Both the position numbers and the translations under genes were made by a program. Positions 12,406 through 24,660 of a DNA stretch of 64,000 bases are shown in pieces; the stretch's first letter is position 1, and the number at the start of each line of letters is the position of its first letter. Origin of the DNA: Mobula hypostoma (lineage: Eukaryota). A model generated the notes under the pieces. It was given only the letters and a program-made list of their open reading frames with translations. It was not told where the DNA came from and ran no database searches. The stretch spans positions 61,444,001-61,508,000 of the forward strand of contig NC_086108.1 in NCBI RefSeq assembly GCF_963921235.1, in the 5' to 3' direction.

Positions 12406-12867
12406 CTAGCGGAAGTTAGAGAAGTCAATGTTCATGCCATCAGGTTGGAGGCTACCCATACGGAATATAAGGTGTTGTTCCTCCAACCTGAGTGTGGCTT
12501 CATCTTTACAGTAGAGGAGGCCGTGGATAGACATGTCAGAATGGGAATGGGATGTGGAATTAAAATGTGTGGCCACTGGGAGATCCTGCTTTCTCTGGCG
12601 GACAGAGCGTAGATGTTCAGCAAAGCGATCTCCCAGTCTGCGTCGGGTCTCACCAATATATAAAAGGCCACATCGGGAGCACCGGACGCAGTATATCACC
12701 CCAGTCGACTCACAGGTGAAGTGATGCCTCACCTGGAAGGACTGTTTGGGGCCCTGAATGGTGGTAAGGGAGGAAGTGTAAGGGCATGTGTAGCACTTGT
12801 TCCGCTTACACGGATAAGTGCCAGGAGGGAGATCAGTGGGGAGGGATGGGGGGGGACGAATGGACAA
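12406..12867 (-). CDS. PLE GIY-YIG endonuclease domain with upstream Cys-rich linker (fragment of the element ORF)
   Basis: PCKRNKCYTC..GVIYCVRCSRCGLLYIGETRRRLGDRFAEH..VATHF. The upstream PLVLTYHP segment is in another frame. Confidence 0.85.
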   Translation of the reverse strand: MSIRPPPSLPTDLPPGTYPCKRNKCYTCPYTSSLTTIQGPKQSFQVRHHFTCESTGVIYCVRCSRCGLLYIGETRRRLGDRFAEHLRSVRQRKQDLPVATHFNSTSHSHSDMSIHGLLYCKDEATLRLEEQHLIFRMGSLQPDGMNIDFSNFR

Positions 12868-13157
12868 GGGAGTTGTGTAGGGAGCGATCCCTGCGGAATG
12901 CAGGGGGGGTGGAGGGAAAGATATGCTTAGTGGTGGGATTCCGTTGGAGGTGGCGGAAGTTACGGAGAATAATATGTTGGACCCGGAGGCTGGTAGGGTG
13001 GTAGGTGAGGACCAGGGGAACCCTATTCCTAGTGGGGTGGTGGGAGGATGGAGTGAGAGCAGATGTACGTGAAATGGGGGAGATGCGTTTAAGAGCAGAG
13101 TTGATAGTGGAGGAAGGGAAGCCCCTTTCTTTAAAAAATGAATAAACTACATTGTAT

Positions 13158-13365
13158 CTTAAGACCATAAAACGTAGGAGCACAATTAGGCCATTCAGCC
13201 CATCAAGTCTGCTCCGGCATTCCACTATGGCTGATCCCAGATCCCACTCAACCCCAGACACCAGGTTTACTCGCCATATCCTTTGATGCCCTGACTGATC
13301 ATGAAATGAACAACTTCCACACAGACTTGGCCTCCACCGCAATCTGTGGCAGAGCATTCCACAGA
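13158..13365 (-). mobile_element. CR1 3' end fragment
   Basis: LWNALPQIAVEAKS and aattaggccattcagcccatc 3'UTR. Confidence 0.8.
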
Positions 13366-13519
13366 TATCTTCTTGGTAAGGTGGCTAGATTTCTTTCCCA
13401 AGAAAATAAAGTATGTTTATACAACAATAAAGTAGTTTTATTGACAAAAGTGACACACAAAATGGCACAATTTCTCCTCAGGAATCTTTGATGAACAACA
13501 CTAGTGTTACGTATGAATT

Positions 13520-13800
13520 TATTTATATACTTATTGAGATATAGGGTGGAATAGGCCCTTCTGGCCCTTTGAGCCACACTGCCCCGCAATCCCCCAGTTT
13601 AACCCTATCCTAACCATGGGACAATTTACAATAACCAATTAACCTACCAACCGGTGCGCCTTTGGGCTGTGGGAGGAAACCAGAGCACCTTGAGGACACT
13701 GACACAAGAATGAGAAAATCCCCATACCAGCAGTGGTGGAATCGATCCTGGATTGCCTGCACTGTAAAGCAATGGGCTAACCTCTTTGCTACCGTGCCAC
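13520..13800 (-). mobile_element. tRNA-derived SINE (HE1/V-SINE-like) with CR1-type tail
   Basis: Minus strand starts gtggcacggtagc..ggttagc (A-box-like) and ggatcgattcc (B-box-like). Central ggtttcctcccaca..ggttaattgg..taaattgtccc; gggccagaagggcct tail. Confidence 0.8.
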
Positions 13801-14504
13801 TCCTGTCCAAAGTTGAAACAGCTTAGGTCTTATACTTTGCAGGGATTTGAACTTCAGTAACTGCTCAGACTAAACAGATGTTTAAAGAGTGAAAAAAGGA
13901 AATCTAACAGCAACAGCCTATATCATAGGCAGTGAACATAAACATCCAATTTCTCAGTCATGGTTATCAAAACAAATCCCATTCCTGATTTTATCCAATG
14001 ACCTGATACATGTACACTTGCCAAGGAACCACTAAATAATGATAGCATGTAGGAACTCTGCGCAGAATTCCTCTTCCCATTTGTAAGTCAATTTTAATAC
14101 TCCTTTATTTTAATAAAAGCATGGTATGAAAATTATTATAATAATTATTATTATTACTAAATACCAATCAAAAGCAACTAGATTAAATTAAGTGTTATAA
14201 AGATCTTTTCATGGATCAAAAGGCATTTTAGCACCTCAATTTTCAGACAACAGTTTATAAAATTCCTTGTAAATTGACCTAACCAAATTAGGTAATTATA
14301 TGGTGGTTTGAACAGATGGGATACTTCTGGAAATTATTTCTTTGCAAATTGTCATTAGTAGGAAGTGTTAAAATGTCAGAAGCATCGGTGTGGAAGATGG
14401 CTTTGTTGGATAGATGAAGGCAATGGACATAGGGAAGAGGATTTCTGAGATGGAATGAATTCCTTATAGAAAGCAGAGTATGGAAGAAGTGTAGTTGTGA
14501 TATG

Positions 14505-14940
14505 TGTCATAGTCATACAGTAATATAGCATGGAAACAGGTCCTTTGGCTCAATTGGTCACTGCAGACCACAGCCGACCCTGCTAGTTCCTGTTTCCTGC
14601 ATTTAACTCATATCTCTCCAAACACCTCCCCTCCACATACCTATCCAAGTGCTTCTCAAGTGTTGCAATTGTACCCGTCTTGACCATTTCCTCTGGTAGC
14701 TCATTCCAGGTACTCACAGCCCTGTGTGTAAAGAAGTTATCACTCAAGTCTCTTTTAAATCTCCCCTCTCTTTTCTTATATCTATGCCTTCTATATCTGA
14801 ACTCCCAAACCCCAGGAAAAAGGCAATAACTGTCCACCTTATGCATATATCTCATGATTTTATAAACTTCTATGAGGTAACTATTCATTCTTCTGCGCTG
14901 CAAGGAATAGAGAGCCAGCACAGCCAACTCCTCCCCGTAA
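14505..14940 (-). mobile_element. CR1 3' fragment
   Basis: ORF 14583-14927: LIEVYKIMR..FFTHRAVSTWNELPEE. Confidence 0.88.
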
Positions 14941-16914
14941 ATGCAGCAATGTTTCTTTATTCTTGGAGAAAAAAAATGCCTTCCAAATTGCTAAAACATT
15001 CAAATCATGGAACTTCAATCAGGTCCTATTTGTTACTGCATCGACATAAGTCTAAAACTGGAGTTCACCATTAATGGCATTTCCCTCTGATCTTTGCCCA
15101 GGAACATGGTTGGTATTCACACAAGCATACCACATGGTCTCATAATGATCCTACAATTTACCACAATTATTCCTTAGTCACCTTATTATCCTAGCAAAAA
15201 AAAATGTAACCTTTGCTGAGGCAATGCGGTGGGTATAGATCTTGAAATCTCATGTCTGGGAGCTTGAATAAAATTGTGAAATGATTGACTTGGCTTCTGT
15301 CAGAACTGCAACAAATTTATTGCTATTTGAGTGGAGACCTAGGGCTGGATCCACACAGTACCACATTTTGTAAATGACATAACCAAGATAAAATTAAAAC
15401 AAATCTAACCGTTGCAGGTTATTGCAAAGATGCTGACAAGAATCTTTGTACTTTTGATATAAAAGTCACCATACTATTAATGTTTGCCTTTTAATCTCAG
15501 TGATGTCATTGGCAGAGTGTTGTTATGCTATCACTAAAGGAAGCTAACTTGTTCTTTCAACTTAAGTTGTTTTGAAAATCAACAGATGAGTATATAGAAT
15601 CAATTATTTTCCATATTCCCCTTTTCAGACATGAAAATATGGCAGTGTTGGCCACAAAAGTTAATGATGTATTGTCCACCATATTCAATTACTGTCATAT
15701 TCCACTGTCTATTTTGTCATAATGAGCAATAATTCTGCTCACCTGGCTTCTCTAGGAGAAAGAAGATGCTGCATTTCTTTAGTCATCATCATATTTCTCT
15801 ACAGGAATCTCCCAGGGCCCCTTGTTGAGATGCACAACTAGAGTTAAGCCTCAGGTGCTAGGCTACCCTGTCAGCAGGCATAAAGTGTAATGTCTAATGA
15901 ACCACGTACAATTATAGGCAATTGTGTAAATGGAATGGAGAACATTTCAGCCCTTGGGAAGTCTTCCCCTTAATTAAAAGCAGCTTGTTATCTTGGCAGA
16001 GTGGAGGAGGGTTAAGCCCTTGCATTATTGGTTAAGTTGGATTGTTAACCGATTTTGCATATCACAAAATATGCACAAATCTGCAAATTGAGGTGCCTTC
16101 AACCCATATTAGGATCCCTCTTCCTAACATAATGCTTCATTAAGTGGAGCAGGCTTGCAGAATTAGTTTCACAATAATATTACCTTATTTCTTTCTCTGT
16201 CAAGTAAGACTTTATGCTGGGAATTAAACATTAAACATTTATAACCATTCAGACAGAGGAAGATGTTTACTAAAACATTTTTCTGGAAAAGAATAACTAA
16301 TTTACTAAGTTAATTAAAGATCATCCGGGCTCATATGCAACTTAATTTCTGTAGAATATTCTTATATTCTTCTGCAAGGAGACTAATTTAAATACAATGT
16401 CATCCCGCTCAGTTGATTCTACAAGAGGTGATGACCTTTTCCAGGCAGGCTCTTGGAATGTTCCTGGGGATCTCTGAAATTTACAGCTCGTAGCACAAGA
16501 GTAAATTGGATTTACTGGAAGTGTGTGTTTACATAGCACAAAAAACACAGGTAGTAATTTTATCCCATCTGGCAGATAACAGGGATAATGCTAGTTTAAC
16601 TTTGCCTATTTTCATTCAGATTAATTTCAATACTGAGAGAACTGGCAAATACTTTACATTTGGAGAGACTGAGACTATGTAATGAGGACAGAGGGGACAC
16701 CTTTGAAAGTATATGGGCCCTGTATTGGACTTTCTTATGGGGTGAGGACTGGGGTTTTTTGGTGCAGTGCACCTCTGCTGTGTATGTTTACTTTTGCCTT
16801 TATATTTTTCTCTCTTTTGCTGCTCACTATTTAATTTGATTTTGCTATGGTTGTAGTTTTTGTAGATGTGCTGTAAAAAATTTTTAAAATATATGTTAAT
16901 TTCAATACATATAT

Positions 16915-18145
16915 ATCTAAGAAAGGATGTGTTGGCATTGGAGATGGTCCAGAGGAATTTCACAAGAATGATCCTGGGAATGAAAGGTTTAAAGAATGAG
17001 GTGCATTTGATGGCTCTGGGCCTGTACTCACTGGAGTTTAGAAGAATTGGGGAAGAGGGGGGCGAACGGGACTCAGTGAAAGCCTCACGATATTGAAAGG
17101 CCTAAGATAAAGTGAATATGGAGAGGATTTTGTATGTATTGTTTTGCAACAGCGGGAGAGTCCAGTACCAGGGGGCACAGCCTCACAATAGAGGGGCGTC
17201 CATTTAGAACAGAGATGAGGAGGAATTTATTTAGCCAGAGGGTGGTGTATCTGTAGAACACATTGCCCTGGACGGCTGTGAAGTTCAAGACATTGGATGT
17301 ATTTTAAGCAGAGATTGATAAGGTTCTTGATTCGTAAGGGGCATCAAGGTTTCAGGGGAATATACAGGAGGGTGGGGTTGGGAGAGATAATACATCAGCC
17401 ATAAGCAAATTGCAGACAAGACTCGATGGGCTGAATGGCCTAATATTGTTACAGTAATACAGCAGCTTATCTTTCTGGAGATTTAATGGATAGACAGCAT
17501 GGTCAAAAAGTGTTCAGGGCACTGAGCGCAGCAGTTAGGAAGTGATGTTGCATTTGTACAAGGTGCCAGTGAGAGTTCACTTGGAGTATTAGACCACAAC
17601 ATTAGAAAACATAGGGGGAGAGTTGGGCCATTCAGCCCATTGGGCTCCTCCATTATTCCATCATGGCTGAGTTGTTATCCCTCTCAACTCCGTTCTCCTG
17701 TCTTCTCCCCATAACCTTTGACATCCTCACTAATCAAGAACCTATCAACCTCCAAGGTAGGTCAAGTATGATGGCAGAATATAGTATTAATGGTAAGACT
17801 CTTGGTAGTGTGGAGGATCAGCAGGATCTTGGGGTCCGAGTCCATAGGATACTCAAAGCTGCTACGCAGCTTGACTCTGTGGTTAAGAAGGCATACGTTG
17901 CATTGGTCTTCATCAACCATGGGATTGAGTTTAAGAGCCGAGAGGTAACGTTACAGCTATATAGGACCCTGGTCAATCCCCACTTGGAGTACTGTGCTCA
18001 GTTCTGGTTACCTCACTACAGGAAGGATGTGGAAACCATAGAAAGGATGCAGAGGAGATTTACAAGGATGTTCCCTGGATTGGGAATCATGCCTTATGAA
18101 AATATATGTATTGTGCTGTAGGTTTTCAATGTTTCTATGTTTCTA
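16915..18145 (+). mobile_element. cluster of CR1 fragments (mainly +, with a short - 3' end at ~17600-17750)
   Basis: KDVLALEMVQRNFTRMI; ORF 17663-18121 DLGVRVH..PHLEYCAQFW; (atgtttct)n tail. Confidence 0.85.
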
Positions 18146-18381
18146 ATATATATTAAAATTAAACAAAGTTGAAAAGCTTTTACTGATGGTTGGCTACTTG
18201 CCCAGCTGATTAGTTCAAAATTGTCCCTTATCCTTCATGAATAGATAAAGCTATGCACAGCTAATGTACAACACAGTAGTCCTGAAATGCATCAACAAGA
18301 TAGAAGATTAATAATTGGTTCAAACTTGCTAAAAAGTAGATTTGGTTCATTCAGATTTCTGGTTTCATTAACCAACATATT

Positions 18382-18558
18382 CAAGATAGAAAACTACAGA
18401 TGCTAAAATTTGGGGCAAAAAACAATCTGCTGATGGAACTCAGCGGTTGAGCAGCATTTGTGGAGGGGAATTGTTAACGTAAAGGCTTTCAAGCCAAATT
18501 GTCGACAATTCTTTTCTCCTCTACAAATACTGCTCAACCTGCTGAGTTCCAGCAGTAT
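18382..18558. mobile_element. ~180-bp PLE-derived foldback element (older pLTR-end family)
   Basis: ctgctgatggaactcagc.ggttgagcagcatttgtggagg is the inverse of cctctacaaatactgctcaacctgctgagttccagcag. TSD accaa(c/t)atatt at 18371-18381 and 18559-18569. Confidence 0.75.
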
Positions 18559-20840
18559 ACCAATATATTACTTTTGTGCTCTTTCTGGTGTAACAAAGGA
18601 GGTGAAAATACCTGTTAATTTTTAAATATAGTGATTCTTTCAAATTCCATATAATGTTGATCATCTGCATTTAGGTTATGAATAATCAAATAGTATAAAT
18701 AAAACTTCATAGTCTGAACTTCAGCTACACAAAACGTTTTTGTTAAAGATTGAAATTGTTTTATGATGCTGAAACATGTAATTTTTTTTTTAAAATTGCA
18801 ACTATATTAATTGAAACAGAATTTATCCCAATCAGACTGTGTTCTCCACAACTTCATCTCATATGCCCAACAAATTCCCAAATTCCTTTCTTTTTCAAGC
18901 AACCATCTGTCTAACATTGACTTGGCATCAGCACCATTCTGGGTGGAACATTTTCACTTGCTTTTGGTCAAAATCTGAATTACTATCATTTATCAGTATC
19001 GTTTCAGTTTCAATTAATCATTTACTGCAAATAGTCTATTTCTACCTGTAAGAGTTTCCTACCATGGTTTTACAAACTTCTGTCCAATCACACCCTTATC
19101 TCATGTTCCTACATCCAACTTTCAACCCCAGTTTCTTTCTCCAATTCTCTCAATTCATTTCCCTTCTTTAGAATGTCAAATCCACACAATACTTTCATTA
19201 TTCACAGTTGAATCTCTTCACGCTTTTGTTACACTGATCTTTCCTCATTCAAAACAGACTCAGATTTATAAAATTTATTTACTTTAAATTTTGGAAACTT
19301 AACGTGTGAAACACACACGAGGACCTGCCTTGGATGCAATACAAAGAGCATGGCCGTACTCTATGATATTTTGAATTACTTGACATTTCAGGAGAACTGT
19401 AAATTAAATGCTACACAAATAGAACTTACTCTGCTAGTTGCGTTTTTTTTTTGTATTGTACATTGCAGAACATTTTATGGAGAGACTTACATCACAAGAC
19501 ATCCTAGTTACACTGGTATTACAATTGCAAAGTAAGTGCAAGAATGTTCAATGGAAGATTTCTTGAAAGGGAAAGGGAGCGAGGGAGGGCCCCCCAGCTA
19601 ACTGCTCTGGTATTAAATAAACTCTGGACAGGATTTCTCCCAATTCTCTGCTGGAGTTAAAGGAGAATAAAATCCTTTTAAAAATTCTTGGTGAAAATAT
19701 ACCTAATATGAAGCCTCCAGAAAAATGATTCCATTGCTCTGGTTAGCATATGTGAGTCACAGGGGTCACATATACATCACAGAGACAAATCACAATTCCT
19801 TTTTTAAGAATATTAGCCTAAAATCCGGTTTGTCATTGCATGAAAGTGATTTTACCCAGATGAGATTGTGCTGGCTATCATTTTCAAGTGAAATTATGCC
19901 AATCAGGAAATTGTACCAGGAATAAATGATTCACCTTTATACAACTAATGATGCCACCAGCCACTGCATGTTTCTTTCCTGGCAAACATAAATTGAAACT
20001 TTTGAGTTTGATCTTTAACCTCCACTGGGCAACCACAACAAGAATCAGGAGTACTTCACCCAGAAATTTCCTGTGAGATGTCAACGGAATGAATTCCATT
20101 CTGATGTAGAAATCTTGGTGTCTTGTCAGCCTTTTTGCCAGTGCGCAGAATTTTTGAAAACTCATCACTGTTTGTTGATTGCAGGCTTTATTTATTTATA
20201 CTATGCACATGCTGTGATCTCTGCCTCATTGATCATCCTGCACCTCACATTGGCTATTCACAGAATAGGACTCAGTTGGGAAAGACTACTCAGTCCATGG
20301 CCACACACACAGATCTTGCCACCACCACATTTTCCCTCAACTCCATGGCTACCTTTTATGTAGCTGTACTACAGCTGCCTTGGGGAGAGTTCCTTTAAGA
20401 TCTGACATTGTTCTCAGAGATCAGTGCAGCAAAACCATGGGAGCGGGAAGCTTTTCATTCGGTTCCTATTGGGAACAACAGTCCTCATTTTAATGTATAA
20501 TTCTCTGTATAAATTGGCACTACACCAGCTGTGGTATATTTTTTGTCTAACTTCATCCTAATATTTTTTTGCATGGGGTTTCATTGGGTTCCAGTGCATT
20601 TTAAAGGGTGAAATCCAATTTCTAGGCAATTATGCTGAATTGCTTTATCAGTGATAATGAAATGTATGACATATTCAAAAAATAATCTAGTGTCAGCTTT
20701 GTTTTTATTAGAAGTATTTCTGTTTGCAGAAGCTAAGTGGACACTGCTACTGCAGGAGAGAAACCAATGGTGATGAAACATACTGTACATCCTCTTACAG
20801 TTAACCATTCACAAGTAAAACCAACAAATGTCACCACCAA

Positions 20841-22792
20841 GCAACACACACTGGCAGGAATGCTGGAGGAACTCAGCAGGACCGGCAGCATCTATGGAAA
20901 AGGGTTTAGTTGACATTGCGGGCCGAAACCCTTCATCAGGACTGGAGAAAAACAAAAGCTGAGGAGCCAGAGTCAGAAGGTGGGGGGGGGGATAGTGGGG
21001 GAGGGGAATAAGAAACACAGGGTGATAGGCGATGCCGGGATGTGGTGGGGGAAGAGGGGTGAAGTAAAGAGCTAGGAAGCAGATTGGTGAAAGAAATACA
21101 GAGCTGGAGAAGCGGAAATCTGATACAAGAGGATAGAAGCCCATGGAAGAAAGAAAAGGGGGAGGAGCACCAGAGGGAGGTGATGGGCAGGTATGGAGAT
21201 AAGGTGAGAGAGGGAAATGGGGATGGGGAATGGTGAAGGGGCGGGGGGGGTCATTGCTGGAAGTTTGAGAAATCAGTGTTCAAGCCTTCAGGTTGGAGGC
21301 TGACCAGACAGAATATAAGGTGCTGCTCCTCCATCCTGAGTGTGGCCTCATCATGACAGTACAGGATGCAATGGACTGACATGTCGGAATAGGAATGGGA
21401 AGTGGAATTTAAATGGGTGGCCACTGGGAGATCCCTTCTCTTTCTGGTGGATGGAGCAAAGGTGCTCAGCAAAGCGGTCTCCTAATCTAGGTCAGGTCTC
21501 ACCAATATACAGGAGGCCACATCAGGAGCACTGGATACATTAGATGATCCCAACAGACTCACCTCACCTGGAAGGCGTGCTAGGGGCCCTGGATGGTAGG
21601 GAAGGAGGAGGTGCAGGGGCAGGTGTAGCACTTGTTCTGCTTGCAAGGACAAGAGCCAAGAGGGAGATCAGTGGAGTGTGATGAATGGACAAGGGAGTCG
21701 CGTAGGGAGCGATCTCTGCAGAAAGCAGAAAGTTGGGGGGGGGGGGTGAGGGAAAGATGTGCCTGTGGTGGGATCCCGTTGGAAATGCCAGAAGTTACTG
21801 ACTACCACACTAGCTTCCACATTCAACACATAATTCTCTGCAACTTCCACCATCTCCAACGGGATCCCACCACCAAGCACAGTTTTCTCTCCCCTCCACT
21901 TTCTGCTTTCTGCAGGGATCACTCCCTACATGACTCCCTTGTACATTCATCTCTCCACTGGTCTCCCTCCTGACATTTATCCTTGCAAGTGGAACAAGTG
22001 TGACACCTGCCCCTACACCTTCTCCCTCACTACAATTCAGGGCCCCAAGCAGTCCTTCCAGGTGAAGTGACATTTCACCATTGAGTCTGTTGGGGTCATC
22101 TACCATATCCAGTGCTTACAGTGTGGCCTTCTGTATATCAGTGAGACCCTATGTAAATTGGGTGACTGCTTCAGTGAGCACCTGTGCTCCATCCGCCAGA
22201 AAAAGTAGAATCTCCCAGTGGCCACACATTTTAATTCCACTTCCCATTTCCATTCCGACATGACAGTCCATGGCCTCCTCTATTGTTGTGATGAAGCCAC
22301 ACTCAGGTTAGAGGAGCAACACCTTATATTTGTCTGGTTAGCCTCCAACCTGATGGCATGAACATTGATTTCTCAAACCAGTAATGCCACACACCCCTTC
22401 ACTTTCTCCATTCTCTTTTTCCCTTTCTCACCTTATCTCCTTGCCTGCCCATCACCTCTCTCTGGTGCTCCTTCTTCCTTTTCTTTCTTCCATGGATTTC
22501 TGTCCTCTCCTATCAGATCGCTCTTCTCCAGCCCTGTGTCTCTTTCACCAGCTCTTTACTTCACCCCTCTCCCCACCTTCAGGTTTCACCTTTCACTTGT
22601 GTTTCTTCCTCCCTCACTTTCTTACTCTGACTCATCATCTTTTTCTCTCCAGTCCTGATAGAGGTTCTTGGCCTGAAACATCAACTATACCCTTTTCTAT
22701 AGATGCTGCATGGCCCACTGAGCTCCTCCAGCATTCTGTGCGTGTTGGTTGGGTTTCCAGCATCGACAAATTTTCTCTTGTTTGTGATAGGA
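20841..22792. mobile_element. inverted pair of PLE 3' ends (- arm ~20841-21800, + arm ~21800-22792), degenerate GIY-YIG in both
   Basis: DLPVATHLNS..EEQHLIF on both strands. 10-bp TSD tcaccaccaa at 20831-20840 and 22793-22802. Hammerhead motifs mutated (~20908-20943, ~22651-22686). Confidence 0.9.
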
Positions 22793-22899
22793 TCACCACC
22801 AAAGAGTAGTGTTTGATCATTCAGAGATTAATATCACTAATTATTGTCATCATAAAATGTACAAGAGGAAATTGGTGAAAAGTTACTGCTTAAGAATTG

Positions 22900-23330
22900 T
22901 TCGGGTTCACTGTAGTGATAATCTGAAAATCTGGAGACTTGTAGCCCGAGGGCATTGACATCTACCAGCAGAGGGCTGAGCCCAGGGCTGGGGCTTAGCA
23001 TGATGGAACTAGCCAACAATCAGTTGGAGGAATCATTAATTATCCAGTTCTGCATTCCAGACAAGAGCTTGAGAGGCAGAGCTGTATATCATTGCATTTG
23101 TGTGAAAAGCTGATAATGCCAAGAGCCAGTTTGTAAATGAAAACTGGCAAGTCTAAAGGTAAATCTTTGGGGTAGCTGGAAAGCAGGATAGAAGCAATGG
23201 TAAAGGTCAAACCTGGCTAGGACTGAATAGATAAAGGATCCAGGTGAATGCAAGACCACCTAATAGATGATGGCAGAGGGTCTCTGAGAGAGGAAGGTGA
23301 GGTCAACCATGTCAAAAGTTATCTTAACTT
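22900..23330 (-). mobile_element. old L2/CR1-group RT remnant
   Basis: Minus strand at ~23290-23320 reads TFDMVDLTFL (cf. AFDTVDH); otherwise heavily decayed. Confidence 0.4.
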
Positions 23331-24660
23331 TGTCCCAAACTCAAAGGATGCCACTAACAGCTTTAATAGAAGTTATTTTAGTTGCGTGATGGAAGAAGAA
23401 ATTCAAACAAGATACTGAAGATTCTAAAACCTAGTCAAGAAGCAATCTCCTGGAGGAACTCAACAGGTTGAGCAGCATCTGTGGTGGGAAAGGAGTTATT
23501 GACATTTTTGGTTAAGACCTTGCATCAGATCCACTTGAGATTCTAACATGCGCTTGATGAAAGTTAATTTACATTTGGACATGATTAAATGGTGGAGAAA
23601 TTTGATGAGGCAGGCTGATGGCACTTCATTAGAGATTTGAAATGCCTGTTGTAGGTAGTGCAATGCCCTAAAGCATTCAAGAGGACCAGGATTACTGCTG
23701 CCTGGTGGACCGTGAGTTCTGTGCTGTCCTAGGTCCTCATTTCCACATATTCCTTTTGTCAGTTGATCAAAGATTGTGCCAGTGCACAGAAGGCAGCAGT
23801 AAATTTCTTCACAATTTGTCTTCCCCAAGATCTGAGAAGTGTTCCATGTTTCCACCTTTTCAATATCAACTTAGAGGGTAGTGTGGTCTCACAGATATTG
23901 AGTGTAAGGCCCATTCTCTTCTTTATGTCATTGAACCTAAATTGACAGTCCTCGCTCTTTCTGCCAATAGAAAACTCTAAAGAAAGCTAAATAAGCCAAG
24001 CCAATTTCTCCACTTAACTAAAATTCTCTGGCTTTGAAAATATTCTCATGAACTTCGATGCACTAGATCAGGTGCTTCCACATCCATCCTGCAACATCAT
24101 GAACAGAACTGTACCCTGTTTTCTTGCTGTTCTTGAACTAGTGTTTTATAGTCTAGTTATGTTCTCCACACTCATGTACAGTACGTTATTCTAAGAAGAA
24201 TAAAGAGGAAAGCAGGTTATCTGAAATTGGAGAATTCTATGCTCATCCATTGGGTTGTGTACTACTGAGGTAGGATTAGATATGAGATACTCCCCCCTAG
24301 TTTGCATTTAGTCTCACCCTGGCAGAGAGGAGCCTGACAACACATAAGTGGCTTTGGGAATGGGGAGAGGAGTTGAAATAGCTGGCAAGTGGGAGCTTAA
24401 GATGACCATGGCTGACAGAGTACATGTTCTTGGCAAATTTGTCCAGGCTACGCTCTCTTCTCACTGCTGCCATCAGGAAGAAGGTACAGGAGCCTCAGGA
24501 CCTGCAGTACCATGGTTAGGAAGAGGTATTACCCCTCAATCATCAGGCTCTTGAACCTGAGGTGATAACTTCACTCACCCATCACTGAACTGTTCCCATA
24601 AGCTATGGACTCAACTTCAAGGATTCCTCATCTTATGTTCTTGGTATTTATTGCTTATTT

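Larger units (their letters stand above)
12015..13138 (-). mobile_element. young Neptune-type Penelope-like element, 3' part (RT C-terminus, GIY-YIG, pLTR)
   Basis: GIY-YIG ORF present. Perfect 11-bp TSD tgaataaacta at 12004-12014 and 13139-13149. Confidence 0.93.

Noticed and set aside
12031..12612. 193-aa ORF repeated at 33022-33645 and 33866-34447
   Set aside because: Antisense reading of the same PLE pLTR; the recurrence reflects copy identity, not coding selection.
13730..13800. tRNA-like A/B boxes
   Set aside because: Head of a SINE; no cloverleaf is supported.
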